This document shows positions 23,231-33,400 of a stretch of DNA of 64,000 bases, piece by piece (position 1 is the first letter of the stretch; the number at the start of each line of letters is the position of its first letter). Source of the stretch: Rebecca billardiae RCC1528 (Eukaryota; Protista; Haptophyta); assembly GCA_965240325.2 (NCBI GenBank), contig OZ251239.1, forward strand, positions 1,488,001 through 1,552,000. The letters are read 5' to 3'. The position numbers and the translations under genes were made by a program. A model generated the notes under the pieces. That model was given only the letters and a program-made list of their open reading frames with translations, was not told the DNA's origin and ran no database searches.

Positions 23231-23420
23231 CGTCTCCTGGCCGGGGCGCGAGTTCCAGGGCCGGACGTGCTGATGCAGTTTTGATGAAGGGCGGCGAGCC
23301 GCCACGGTGTTCAGTGTCGTGCTGGAGTGCGGGGCCGCCCCGGTCCCTCGCCTCCCACCGCAACTTCTGGAGAAGTGAAGGGCTCCATTTACTGATTTAG
23401 TATTAGTTTTGAAAGAATAC

Positions 23421-23515
23421 CTCGCCTGCCTGAGCTGTGTGCGTCTCTTATTCTGAGTATGATAAACCGTAGATGACGCACATGCGGTACAGCCCATCAG
23501 GCGAGATTGACGCCC
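23421..23515. mobile_element. Degenerate back-to-back right and left termini of the 27474-30332 TIR family
   Basis: CGCCTGCCTGAGCTGTGTGCGTCTCTTATTCT matches 30291-30322. CAGGCGAGATTGACGCCC (23498-23515) matches 27510-27527. Confidence 0.75.
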
Positions 23516-23879
23516 GCCACTGTTAGTCGGTCCGATCGCCCATGGGCATGAATGGCCGTCGCGGCGATGGTATTGGTTGGTACAGTACCGCGTAACTGTC
23601 CCTCGGCGAGCCCGGTCCGCATGCGTCATGCGAGTGCGAGTGCGAGGCCTGGGATTTGAAATTATTATTTAGGGCTACCGGGCCGGCCTCATGAGATTAG
23701 CACCGAATTATACCATCTTAGAGACAGTAGGGGTCTCGATAAGTAGAACGGAGGCGTGTAATGGTCCGTGCCACGGCAATGGGCCCGCAGGGCCTGCTGC
23801 GGAGCAGCTGGAGAGTGGAGGGACACCGAAGGATGAGCTGAGAGCAGCTCACGAGAGACCCTGGCCTCCGACCTGACCG

Positions 23880-23951
23880 AGCAGCCTGCCCCAACCCCAA
23901 GGCCCAAAGTCATACTGCCTCGTGGCCGCGAACCAACAAACACGTCAAGTG
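23880..23951 (-). repeat. Right copy of the 72-bp inverted repeat pair
   Basis: Reverse complement of 18424-18495. Confidence 0.9.
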
Positions 23952-24987
23952 GCAGTACGGCCCCATAAAGGAATAGCTATATCTCCCACCTGACTTTTGA
24001 CATCATCATTCAGTCCGGGTGGCGGAACCTGTGGGCGTCGCATATTCGGAAGCGGTAATTATAGCAGTTATACCCGCGTGAGAAAAGTAAACATAGAGCA
24101 GCTTGCATTATTGACGATATGCAGTATATTACACATACGGGCCCTCGGCCGGCTCCCCCTTCCCGGGGACTCGGTGGGGCACCGCCAGGAGTGTCTCGCG
24201 GCGGGCGGGCCGAGCGCGCGGGTCGCCAGCTGACCCCGCGACGTTCGATTCGACTGCTCTGCGCTGGCACGTGCACGCGGAGATCAACCACACGCAGCGG
24301 GTCCGGGATAGGCACTGGCACCCTCTTTCTCCAGCCGGCCGCCGGCTGCATCGCCTCGGGGGGCGATGCAGCAGGTGGACGCCGCTGCACCCATCTGGCC
24401 CTTGGCGCTGGCCTCCTCCGTGCCCCACGCTCCACCCTAGGTGGGGCAGGGGGTGCGGGGTGTGACGCGCCCGGAGGCCAGGTTCCCCAGCATCAAGCAC
24501 TGCATCTGCAGCAGCCCGCCGGCGGGCCGGGCTGCGACATCGACTACCACCTCATCTGCTTCATCGCCCAGAGCGCGCTAGGCGGCGCGCTCACTCTCCG
24601 AGCCCCTCTTCTGCAGCTGCGCGCCGCTTGGCCGGCGCGCGGCGACGCGTACTACGACCTCATCCTCATCCAGGCGCCCACACGGGCGCACGGGGGCGAC
24701 AGCCGCGGCTGCCGCTTGCCGGAGCTGCTCGCCGCTAGGTCGGCGGGCGGCGACATCGACTACGACCTCACCCTCATCCAAGTGCTCCGGAAGGCGCTCG
24801 GCCGCGGCGGCATCTGCCGTCGCCGCCGCGTGCCCCAGGCCGAGGCGGTGCTCCATCCCGGCCCCGCTCCCGTAGGGGGGCAGGGCTGCGGGTGGCGCAC
24901 TGTCTGACCTGGACGGAAGGCGCGGACGCATTCTATGTGTCTGTTGCACTCTGAGCCTGACGCTTGTCGGATGCTGCCACGTCGTTA

Positions 24988-25043
<56 letters not shown>
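24988..25043. repeat. (TA)n microsatellite
   Basis: Direct reading of the sequence. Confidence 0.95.
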
Positions 25044-25046
<3 letters not shown>

Positions 25047-25480
25047 GTACTCAGTAGAATACTGTAATCATCAACTGCTGCGCGCGCATTGATCACTCAT
25101 CGGAACCGTAGTCCGTACTCTGACAGGCCTGTCGAGCAGTAGAGCAGCGCGATATTGGCTCGTCCTCGGTCACGGTGGAGTGGCTCGGCAGCCGCTCGTC
25201 AGTCAGCATCGTCCGATGTCGCATCATCTGATGAGCATGATGCCGCGGACCGTATATATACTACATATATGATTAATCGTCTGGCAGCGAGGCTGCGAGC
25301 CCGGCCACGGCAGATTGAGATTGCCCGCGGCACGCGATTGACCGCCGACCGCGGCACCGCTCGGCCGGGCTTCACGAACTGAGCAGAGTTCAGCATTATT
25401 ATATTCAATTCTTAATAACGTTCACTAAGGTCCGCAGACACGGGCTCAGAGGCCATTGTCAAGCTGTCAGAGGGGTCTGC

Positions 25481-26203
25481 TTAATCTGCGGGCGCACCGG
25501 ATGACATAGAGAAGTGATGGCCTGATGGGGCTGACTCAGTGTGGCGTGCTTTTCGCACGCCTTTCACGGCGGCGGGGCGCTGTGATTGGCGCTGCGGCAG
25601 GTCAAGGCCGTCTGCAGAAGCGGTCCTCCAGCGTGGCCGTCGCGCCCGCGACAAGTCCGATGCCAGCGATGCGAGGCCGTCGGCCAGGCTGCCGCCGGCC
25701 GGAGTGGGCGGCGTGGAGAGGATGGAGCCCCAGCCGTCGTCGTCGTCGCTGTCCTCGTCACTCCCGTTGCCCGTCGAAGCACGGCGGGTGTTCACGCTCG
25801 GCGGCAGCTCCTTGATGATGTTGCACCAGCGTTCGTCGTGCTCGTCGTCGGTGTCCGAGTCCGATCCATCGTCAACATCCTTGCGGCTCTCCTCCACCTG
25901 CGTCTCGAGGGCGGGCAAGGGGGACGGCAAGGCCACGAGTGGCTTGCAGGGCGCCATTGCGGCGTGTCCACTGATGACGGGGAGCCCCGGAGCACTGATG
26001 GACGTGTCGACCTTGCAAGCATTGGTCTGATCCTTCTGCGCGGCATCGACCTCGGTGCGAATCGCAGCCGATGCCTTGGCAGCGTCCGTTGGGCCGAAGA
26101 GCTCGAGCAGGTCGGCGCCGACGCCCGACCGGCCGAGGATCTCAGCCACGTCATGGTCGTCGTCCTCGAGGTCGCTGTCACCCAGCTGGTCGAAGGCCAC
26201 CAT
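25481..26203 (-). CDS. Acidic low-complexity protein, paralog 1 (240 aa)
   Basis: Aligns with 26668-27378 at GVGADLLELFG.T.AA.ASAA.RTE, W..II..LP and W.SIL...P.GGSL.DG. Confidence 0.7.
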   Translation of the reverse strand: MVAFDQLGDSDLEDDDHDVAEILGRSGVGADLLELFGPTDAAKASAAIRTEVDAAQKDQTNACKVDTSISAPGLPVISGHAAMAPCKPLVALPSPLPALETQVEESRKDVDDGSDSDTDDEHDERWCNIIKELPPSVNTRRASTGNGSDEDSDDDDGWGSILSTPPTPAGGSLADGLASLASDLSRARRPRWRTASADGLDLPQRQSQRPAAVKGVRKARHTESAPSGHHFSMSSGAPAD

Positions 26204-26667
26204 CGAGGGTCCAAGTCGACGTCCGACGACGGTGAGGGTGCACCTCGCGCCCGCGCGCCAACGCACCGGTTGGATGCGGCGTGTGACCGTCGCTTGCGCG
26301 ATGATGAACCGATGAGAATTATTATATTCATGGATTCACGGTCGTATTATTGTGCCGTGTAATCGCGAAGTTTCCTGACGTACATATGGATACATGCTTT
26401 CAGTCCCAAATAAATTCCCCTTTATAACGGGCTCCGGGTGATCAGACTGGCGGCCGAAGCCTCCAGCCCTACCCTGGCCAGCCCCGCACACTGAAAATAT
26501 TAATTGGCTGCATCATGCTGCTGGAAGATACCATAAGACGTGGTTGTACGGTGCGGTATTTTTTGACGATAAACCAACGTAGTTCGTTAGTGGTAGTATT
26601 CATCATAAAATTGGTATTAATCGTCCGTAATACTTTACTGTGACGTGCTGTGACAGATAGATGGGGC

Positions 26668-27378
26668 TCAGGCCGTGAGCCGTGACCTCGGACTGTGAGG
26701 AAGCTCGCCGCCGGCGGCAGGTGCGGAGCGCGGAGCGCGGCTCCTCTCCGCATGCGTGCGTTCAGCCTGCGATGCGCGGCCATCGGTCAGGCTGCCACCC
26801 ACCGGCCGCGGGAAGAGGATCGAGTTCCAACTGTCCTCGTCGCTGTCGCTCTCGTCGTCGTCTGTCCCACCGTGACAGGCCTTGACTCCCGGCAGTGCCG
26901 CGATGATGCTAAACCAGCTGTCGTCGTCCTCGTTGTCACTCTCCGGCTCGGATTCTCGTACATTATGCTCGCTGGCGTCCACCTCCGCCTCGATGGCGCC
27001 ACCCGAAGCGCTCTTCGTTGCCCGTCCTTCGATGTCGCTGAGGCCGTGGGCGATGGGAGAGGATGGCGCCGATGACTCGCTAGAGGGCGTGATTGCGAGG
27101 CCACTGCTGCTGATGTTGAGCTCAGTGAGGCGCGCGGTGACCGATTGGGGGCTAGGCGCGTGCTTGTTCGTGGCGTCGATGCGGCCAGCGCCATCTCGGT
27201 CAGTGCCAGGCGCCAGCGGCGCCACCCACTCTGTGCGCAGCGCAGCCGATGCCTGGGCGGCCTCCGTTGCGCCAAAGAGCTCGAGCAGGTCGGCTCCGAC
27301 GCCCGCGTACCGGCCGAAGAGCTCGACCACGTCATCGCTATCATCGTCGCTGTCGTCCAGCTCGCCGAACGCTTCCAT
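26668..27378 (-). CDS. Acidic low-complexity protein, paralog 2 (236 aa)
   Basis: Protein-level conservation with paralog 1 despite DNA divergence. Both frames are open and of similar length. Confidence 0.7.
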   Translation of the reverse strand: MEAFGELDDSDDDSDDVVELFGRYAGVGADLLELFGATEAAQASAALRTEWVAPLAPGTDRDGAGRIDATNKHAPSPQSVTARLTELNISSSGLAITPSSESSAPSSPIAHGLSDIEGRATKSASGGAIEAEVDASEHNVRESEPESDNEDDDSWFSIIAALPGVKACHGGTDDDESDSDEDSWNSILFPRPVGGSLTDGRASQAERTHAERSRAPRSAPAAGGELPHSPRSRLTA

Positions 27379-27793
27379 CGGTTGACGAGTCGCCGTACGA
27401 CGAGCGATGCGGATGGTGCCCTTGCGCGTCGTCGGCACCTGCATCCAGTGGTTTCGTGCCGGTATTTTGCGTACAGTTTACTAAGAATAAGAGACGCACA
27501 CAGCTCAGGCAGGCGAGATTGACGCCCAGTATCAATCGTCCCACCTTGGTCCTGACCACCAACCAAGTCCCAGACGCCGGCCGCCCTTGCCAAGCCCAGA
27601 TTTGAGTCGTATATTATCAGGGCATCTAGCTAAAGTACAGACGAGGTGGGAATCTTTCAGACATTGAAAAGGCACCCAAAGTCATCATAATAATACCGCC
27701 TCGTCTCGGCAGAATAGAATGATGATAATGGGCCCGCCTAATGTATTGATTCCGTATTAATCGCCCGCGACGTGCCCACGTCATCACACCAAG

Positions 27794-29707
27794 ATGGCGG
27801 AGGACGAGCTCGCGTTGGCTGCTGCCGAGTCCGCCTTCTTCTGCGCGCAGCAGGCGGCGGCGCGCGGCGATGCCCCGGAGGCGGCCGAGCTCCTCGCCCA
27901 GGCCGCAGAGCGCAGCCGCCGCCCCGATCGCGCCGCCGTGCGCGACGCCGACCTCGCCCGCGGCCGGACCGAGGCGTGCGCGGGTGTGCTGCACAGCGCC
28001 GTGCACACGGCGCTCGGCGAGGCGAGCTTGGACCGTGCCCTCGAGGCCGGCTTCCCGACGGTGGTCACGGACGGCGAGCACGTGCGCGCGGCCGCCGCGC
28101 ACTTCGCCGAGGCGCTGCGCGCGTGGCCGTCCAACGCGCGCGCTCTCCTCTCGCTCGGGCTGATGGAGCGCGACCGCGGCCGCACGCGGCGCGCGCTCGA
28201 GCACCTCGAGGCGCTGTGCGGGCTCCCGCCGACGCCGGGCGTGGCCGCGCGGGTCGAATCGGACGGCGCCGACGCGCGCGACCGCGCGGACTGGCTGGAG
28301 TGCTGGGTCCACGACGGGCGGCGCGCGGCGGTGCCGGCGGGCGCCATGACGCTCGCACTCACGCGCTCGCAGCGCGGCGAGCACGCGCGCGCGACGCCCC
28401 TGCTGCGTCGGTTCGGCTTCCGCTACCGGCTCGCGCCGGCGATCTGGGCCGCGGCGGCCTCCTCCCACCTCCGCTCCGAGCCGGCAGGCCCCGACGCCGA
28501 CGCGCTCCCGGTCCGCCTCTTCGAGCGCGCAGTGCCCGCGCGGCTCCACGCGCGTCTCTCTCGCGCGCTCGCCCCCGGCAGCGCGTACTGGGCGCAGACC
28601 GGGTACAACACGGCGGCGGCGGCGAAGCAGTACTTCACCTTTTTCTACGAGCTCGGCGCGCCGCCGAGCAACGCGGTCGAGCAGCTCGTGCGCGAGCTCC
28701 GCCCGCTGCTCGGCGAGGCCGCCGCGGCGGACGTGAGCTGCGTCGAGTGGTGGTCGCACACTCGGCTGGCCGGTCGGCACCCGGGGCATGAGCTTCACTA
28801 CGACCTGGAGGAGGGCATCATGGAGTCGAGCGGCGAGGTGGTGCACCCGCGGGTCTCGAGCGTGGTGTACCTCACGGGCGGCGGCGAGGCGGCCGCCGGC
28901 GGGCCCACCTTCGTGCTCGACCAGACGCTCAGCTCGGACGCGCCCGCGCGCACCGCCTGGCTGGCCGCGCCGCGCGCGCGCTCGTTCCTCACCTTCCGCG
29001 GCGACCTGCTGCACGGGGTGCTGCCGGTCGGCGCGAATGGCGCGCGGCCGGTGGCGGCGGCGGCGGCGGCGGCGGCGGCCGGGCGCGGCGCGCGTGGGAT
29101 GGCCGCAGGCGCCGCGTCGCCGCCAGCCGCGCGCCGCGCGGAGGCCGAGCGCGCGCCCGCCGCCTCCGAGCCGCCGCCGCCGCCCGAGCACCGGCTCACG
29201 CTGCTGATCGCCTGGTACGGACCTGAGGGCGCGCGCAGCCGGCGCGCGCGCGCCGGTCGGCTTGGGCCGCGCTCGGCGGTGCCGCGCGCCACGCGGCACA
29301 CGAGCTGGCCCGCCGACTTTGCGCCCGTCGCGCCGTCGGACGACGGCGGCGAGCCGGCGGCGGAGCAGCAGCCCGCCCGCGTGCGCGTGCGCGAGGTGTC
29401 GCCCGTGTGGGAAGAGGTGGACGGGGCGGCGCGCGCCGGGCACGCGCTGCGGCACCCGCCGCCCGAGCTCGAGGTGCCGCCGCACCTCGAGCAGCACTTC
29501 TTCCTGCGCACGCACGCGGACGTGCGCGAGCGGCTTTGGCGCGAGCACGGCGTGGGCGGCACGTGGGCCGCGGCGGGGCGGGCTACCGCCACGCCCGCGC
29601 CCACAGGCGGCTCGTCCGACGCTCGTCGCACCAGTGGCGCCGACTCTGCTGCCGCCGCCGCCGCCGGGGCGTCCAGCAAGCGCCCGCGCGTGGCATCCGC
29701 GTCATGA
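27794..29707 (+). CDS. TPR-like helical domain plus Fe(II)/2OG oxygenase (prolyl-hydroxylase-like fold)
   Basis: AAAHFAEALRAWPSNARALLSLG (TPR-like), VEWWSH, HELHYD (HxD), SSVVYL, GGPT, FRGDLLHGV (distal His) and RLTLLIAW (2OG-binding Arg). Intronless, 637 aa. Confidence 0.8.
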   Translation: MAEDELALAAAESAFFCAQQAAARGDAPEAAELLAQAAERSRRPDRAAVRDADLARGRTEACAGVLHSAVHTALGEASLDRALEAGFPTVVTDGEHVRAAAAHFAEALRAWPSNARALLSLGLMERDRGRTRRALEHLEALCGLPPTPGVAARVESDGADARDRADWLECWVHDGRRAAVPAGAMTLALTRSQRGEHARATPLLRRFGFRYRLAPAIWAAAASSHLRSEPAGPDADALPVRLFERAVPARLHARLSRALAPGSAYWAQTGYNTAAAAKQYFTFFYELGAPPSNAVEQLVRELRPLLGEAAAADVSCVEWWSHTRLAGRHPGHELHYDLEEGIMESSGEVVHPRVSSVVYLTGGGEAAAGGPTFVLDQTLSSDAPARTAWLAAPRARSFLTFRGDLLHGVLPVGANGARPVAAAAAAAAAGRGARGMAAGAASPPAARRAEAERAPAASEPPPPPEHRLTLLIAWYGPEGARSRRARAGRLGPRSAVPRATRHTSWPADFAPVAPSDDGGEPAAEQQPARVRVREVSPVWEEVDGAARAGHALRHPPPELEVPPHLEQHFFLRTHADVRERLWREHGVGGTWAAAGRATATPAPTGGSSDARRTSGADSAAAAAAGASSKRPRVASAS

Positions 29708-30078
29708 CGGTCCCGCCAATAATGCGGCGGACGGCCGCGACGGAGCGGCGCTAATACTGCGGTATCCGACCGCGCTAGAGGGGTCAGACGGCCCCACTGT
29801 GCGGTGTGTGGCCCAATACTAAAATCCAATTGTTTTATTCTGTCGTCGTCTGCTGGAGTAGCGCCGGATTCGTCGCGATCGTCGGAATTATTCGTCGACG
29901 ACGAAAATGCCAGCAGAATATTTGGCGGCCTAAATATCCACGCGGGTCTCCTGATTCCAGATTCGTCGGCGGCAGTGCCCGATCGGGGCGATCGTCGACG
30001 CCGACGAGTCGACTGCGAGCCGCGCAGCGCAGGTAGTGGATCGCGCTTCAGCAGCTCAAGGCCGCGCTCAAGCTTTAC

Positions 30079-30198
30079 GATCGCGGTGCAGGCTATGCTC
30101 TGCCACCAACGCCGACTTCGTGTCGACGATCGGGCACTGCCGCCGACGAATCAGGAGACCCGCGTCGTCCTACCTGTGTCGTTAAATCATAGAATGAG
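30079..30198 (+). repeat. Fragment of a dispersed repeat family; empty-site counterpart of the 54807-61269 insertion
   Basis: Close match to 54691-54804, continuing as ATAGAATGA, which reappears at 61272. Confidence 0.75.
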
Positions 30199-30485
30199 TA
30201 AAGAAATCGATTTTCGGCGGTACACTGCAAAACCGGTTACAGTTTATTTGTTTTAACGTGCGTAAGGCTCTATGCACAGAACATATCAAACGCCTGCCTG
30301 AGCTGTGTGCGTCTCTTATTCTTAGTAAACTGTAAGATTCGTCGGAAACGCGTTCGGCGTTCCGCGTTCCATTTGGAACCGGAGCTTCAAGCGGAGCTCT
30401 CCACGCATCGAGACGTACGCTGGCCTGCCCGCGCCTTCCAGAGATTGCCCGCCGCCGCCCCGGGCGTGAGGGCCGCCCGCTGACG

Positions 30486-31633
30486 ATGGCATCTGCGCTG
30501 GCGCGCGCCGTGCTCTGCGGCGCGCTGGCGCTGGGCTCGCCGCGCCCCCGCGCCCGCTCCTCGCTCCTCCCCCGGGCCGCTCCCGCCGTGCCGCGGCCCC
30601 GCGTGCGCATGGCCGCGCCGCACGCGCGTGTGCTGGAGGACGCGCAGGGGAGGCCGCCGTTCGACTTTGAGACCAGCGTCGAGATGGCGGCGCTCGCGTT
30701 CCACACGTACGTGGACGTGACGGAGGGGAAGTGGGAGCGTGGCACGGACGGCACGAGCGTCGCGTTCCAGCGCGCCTCCTTCGTCGGCGAGTGCTACGAC
30801 GGCGTGCTGATCGTGCGCGTGCAGACGGTGAGCGCGCTGCCCAAGCAGAGCGGCGCCGAGGCGCTGCTCACGGGCGAGAAGAGCGACCCGTACCTGCTGC
30901 TCTCGGTGGTGGAGGGGCGCCGCTCGGCGAGCCAGAAGGACGCGGACGCCACCGTGCGCGACGTCTGCCGCACGCGCACGCAGTGGCGGCTGGGCAACCA
31001 GTCGGCCGACACGGGCGCCGCCGACTTTGGCGGCGAGACCTTCTATCTGTACGTGGACGACGCGTCGACGGCGCGGCTGCGGATCACGCTGCGTGACGAG
31101 AACGTGGCGTCGGAGGACGAGACGCTGGGCGTGGGCACGCTGCCGCTCGCCGTGGTCTCGCGCTCCGACGCCTTCTCCCGCCACCGCGCCGCCATCAAAT
31201 ACGCCGCGCCCCTCGGCCCTGGCGTGGCGGGCGGCGCGCTCGCCGGCGCGGCATTCGGCGGCCCGGCGGGCGCGGCGGTGGGCGCGGCGGTGGGCGCGCT
31301 GGGCGCGGCGTGGCAGAAGGACGCGGCGGTGCAGGTGGAGTGCCGCTACGTCCGCTTCGCCGACGCCGCGCCCGACGGCAAGAGCCCCGCCCTCGCCGCC
31401 GTCGCCGCGTCCGCCCTGTCCCAGGACTCGCGTGAGCGCGACGAGATTGTGAAGCGCGCGGTCGAGGCGGCGCGCCGCCGGCTGCTGGATCAGCAGCAGG
31501 CGGCGGTGGCGAAGCAAGGGGCGGGCGGCGGGGACGCGGTGAGCGAGGTGGCGTCGAAGGTGCGCGCCGAGGCGATCGGCGTGCTCGCCACCGCGCTCGA
31601 CGCCGCCGAGGACGCGGAGAAGACGGAGGCGGC

Positions 31634-31673
<40 letters not shown>

Positions 31674-33065
31674 ATGCCATCGCCCGAGGCGGCCGCGGCC
31701 GCGCGCCGCTCTGCGCCCCTCGGCGGCACGCCCGGGATCGACTGGACGGCGCTGGGCGAGGTGGCGGGCGGCACCGTCGCGCCGACGCGCTTCGAGCTCA
31801 TCGCCTTCATCGACAACGAGGGCACGGACACGCAGGCGGCGCTCTGGCGCGACGCCTCCGCGCGGCAGTTGGTTCTTTCCTTCCGCGGGACGGAGCAGGA
31901 CCGCTGGGGAGACCTGCTCACAGACGCGATGGTGCTGCAGGAGGAGTGGGCGGGCGGGCGGGGGAAGGCGGGGGCGGGGCGGCGGCTCGAGCCGCGCGTG
32001 CACTCGGGCTTCCAGCGCGCGTGGAACTCCGTCTCCGAGCGCGTGCTCGAGCTCATCGCCGGCGCGATCGGCGCGCGGCGCGGACGCCCCGGCGGCGCGC
32101 GGCGCGGCGCTGCGGACGGCTGGAGCCTGTACTGCGTCGGGCACTCGCTCGGCGGCGCGCTGGCGACGCTCGCCGCGCTCGAGGTGGCGCAGTCGGCGCT
32201 GCCGCTCGGACGCGTCGCGCTCTACTCGTACGGCGCGCCGCGCGTGGGCAACGCCGACCTCTGCTCGCTGGTGGACAGCTACGTGCCAGAGGCGTTCCGA
32301 GTCGTGAACGGCCAAGACATCGTGACGCGCATGCCGAGGGGCGCGGCCGCCTCCACCGTCGGCGCGCTGGCGGGCGGGATCCTGGACTACGCGCACCCGG
32401 GGCGGACGGTGCTGGTGGACGAGCGCTCGCCGCTGTGCACCGTCGCCGGCGCCGGCCTCGAGACGCAGTGCCCCCTCGAGGTCCTCGACTCCCCCTTTGC
32501 AGACCCGCTGGTGCGCATCCAGGGACTGCCGGGTGACGTGGACACGACGGGAGATGGCCGCCCAGACACAGCCATCATGCCGTCGGTGCTGAGCTCGGTG
32601 GCGGAGGCGTTCGCCGCGTCGCGCGACGAGGTGGTCGCGGCGCTTGCCTCCCAGCCCGCCTCGCCCGCCGACGCCGCCGCCGCCCCGGCCGCGCCGGCCG
32701 GCGCGCCGAGCGCGCGCTCGGCGGCGGAGACGCTGCGCTCGGTCGCTGACCGCGTCGGCAAGGCGCTCGGCGAGAGCGTCAATAATATCTCGCTGCGCGA
32801 GATCGCGGGGCTGGTGGGCATCCAGGGGGGGTTCGTCGAGGCGGAGCTGCTGCTGCTCGAGTCGATCACCACGGGCGACGCGCTCGCGCACCACCTCGAG
32901 CCGAGCTACTACGCCGCGATGGAGAATGCGGCGCGCGCCATGCGCGAGAGGGGCGGCGGCGGCGGCGGGACGGGCGGCGCCACCGCGGAGGGCGAGGCCG
33001 GCGCCGAGCCTGAGGGGGGCGACGGCGCGGGCGAGGGAAGTGGCGAGCGTGCGTCGTCGGGCTGA
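30486..33065 (+). CDS. Class-3 lipase with an N-terminal C2-like domain and probable signal/transit peptide
   Basis: SDPY and LRDEN...LG (C2-like), LVLSFRGT, VHSGF, GHSLGG, YGAPRVGN, FRVVNGQDIVTRMP, YAHPG and a C-terminal HHLEPSY. Confidence 0.9.
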
Positions 33066-33400
33066 GGCTCGCCGCGCGTTCGTCAGTGTGGGGGCGCGCG
33101 ACTTTCCCTCGAACGGTCCCGAGGCTGTGCCGCACTGCGTCTGCTGCGGTGCTGCCGCGCACGGGGCCGGGCGCACGCCTGCACCACTTGCTAGAACCTT
33201 GCTGGGCAGCCTCGCAGACCGCAGTTTTCGTTGGGGACCCTTGGCTTGGTCTACCAAGCGGGTGCGCATCATTCTGTCGATCGTCGTCGCAGTCTGAAAG
33301 GAAAAGCGAGCAGCTACAATCGCTAAGCGGGTACACTTGCCAGGTCCAAGTGAACGCGCGGAGAGAGTGCGCTCGCGATCCCCGCGGAGGACGCGCGCTC

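Larger units (their letters stand above)
27474..30332. mobile_element. TA-flanked TIR element with Tc1/mariner-type ends enclosing a single gene
   Basis: TA|CAGTTTACTAAGAATAAGAGACGCACACAGCTCAGGCAGGCG at 27472-27515 has its exact reverse complement at 30291-30334. Identity stops immediately outside the TA. Confidence 0.7.

Noticed and set aside
23421-30334. Harbinger-type MITE with terminus GGGCGTCAAT, or a spliced-leader gene, as the explanation for the 44-bp repeat
   Set aside because: The two intact copies end at exactly the same TA|CAG point on the opposite side, which fits Tc1/mariner polarity better. No splice-donor or Sm-site layout was seen.
30387-33272. 961-aa minus-strand ORF and the many other long antisense or alternate-frame ORFs
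   Set aside because: These are shadow ORFs caused by extreme GC3. The opposite or alternative frame carries recognisable domains.
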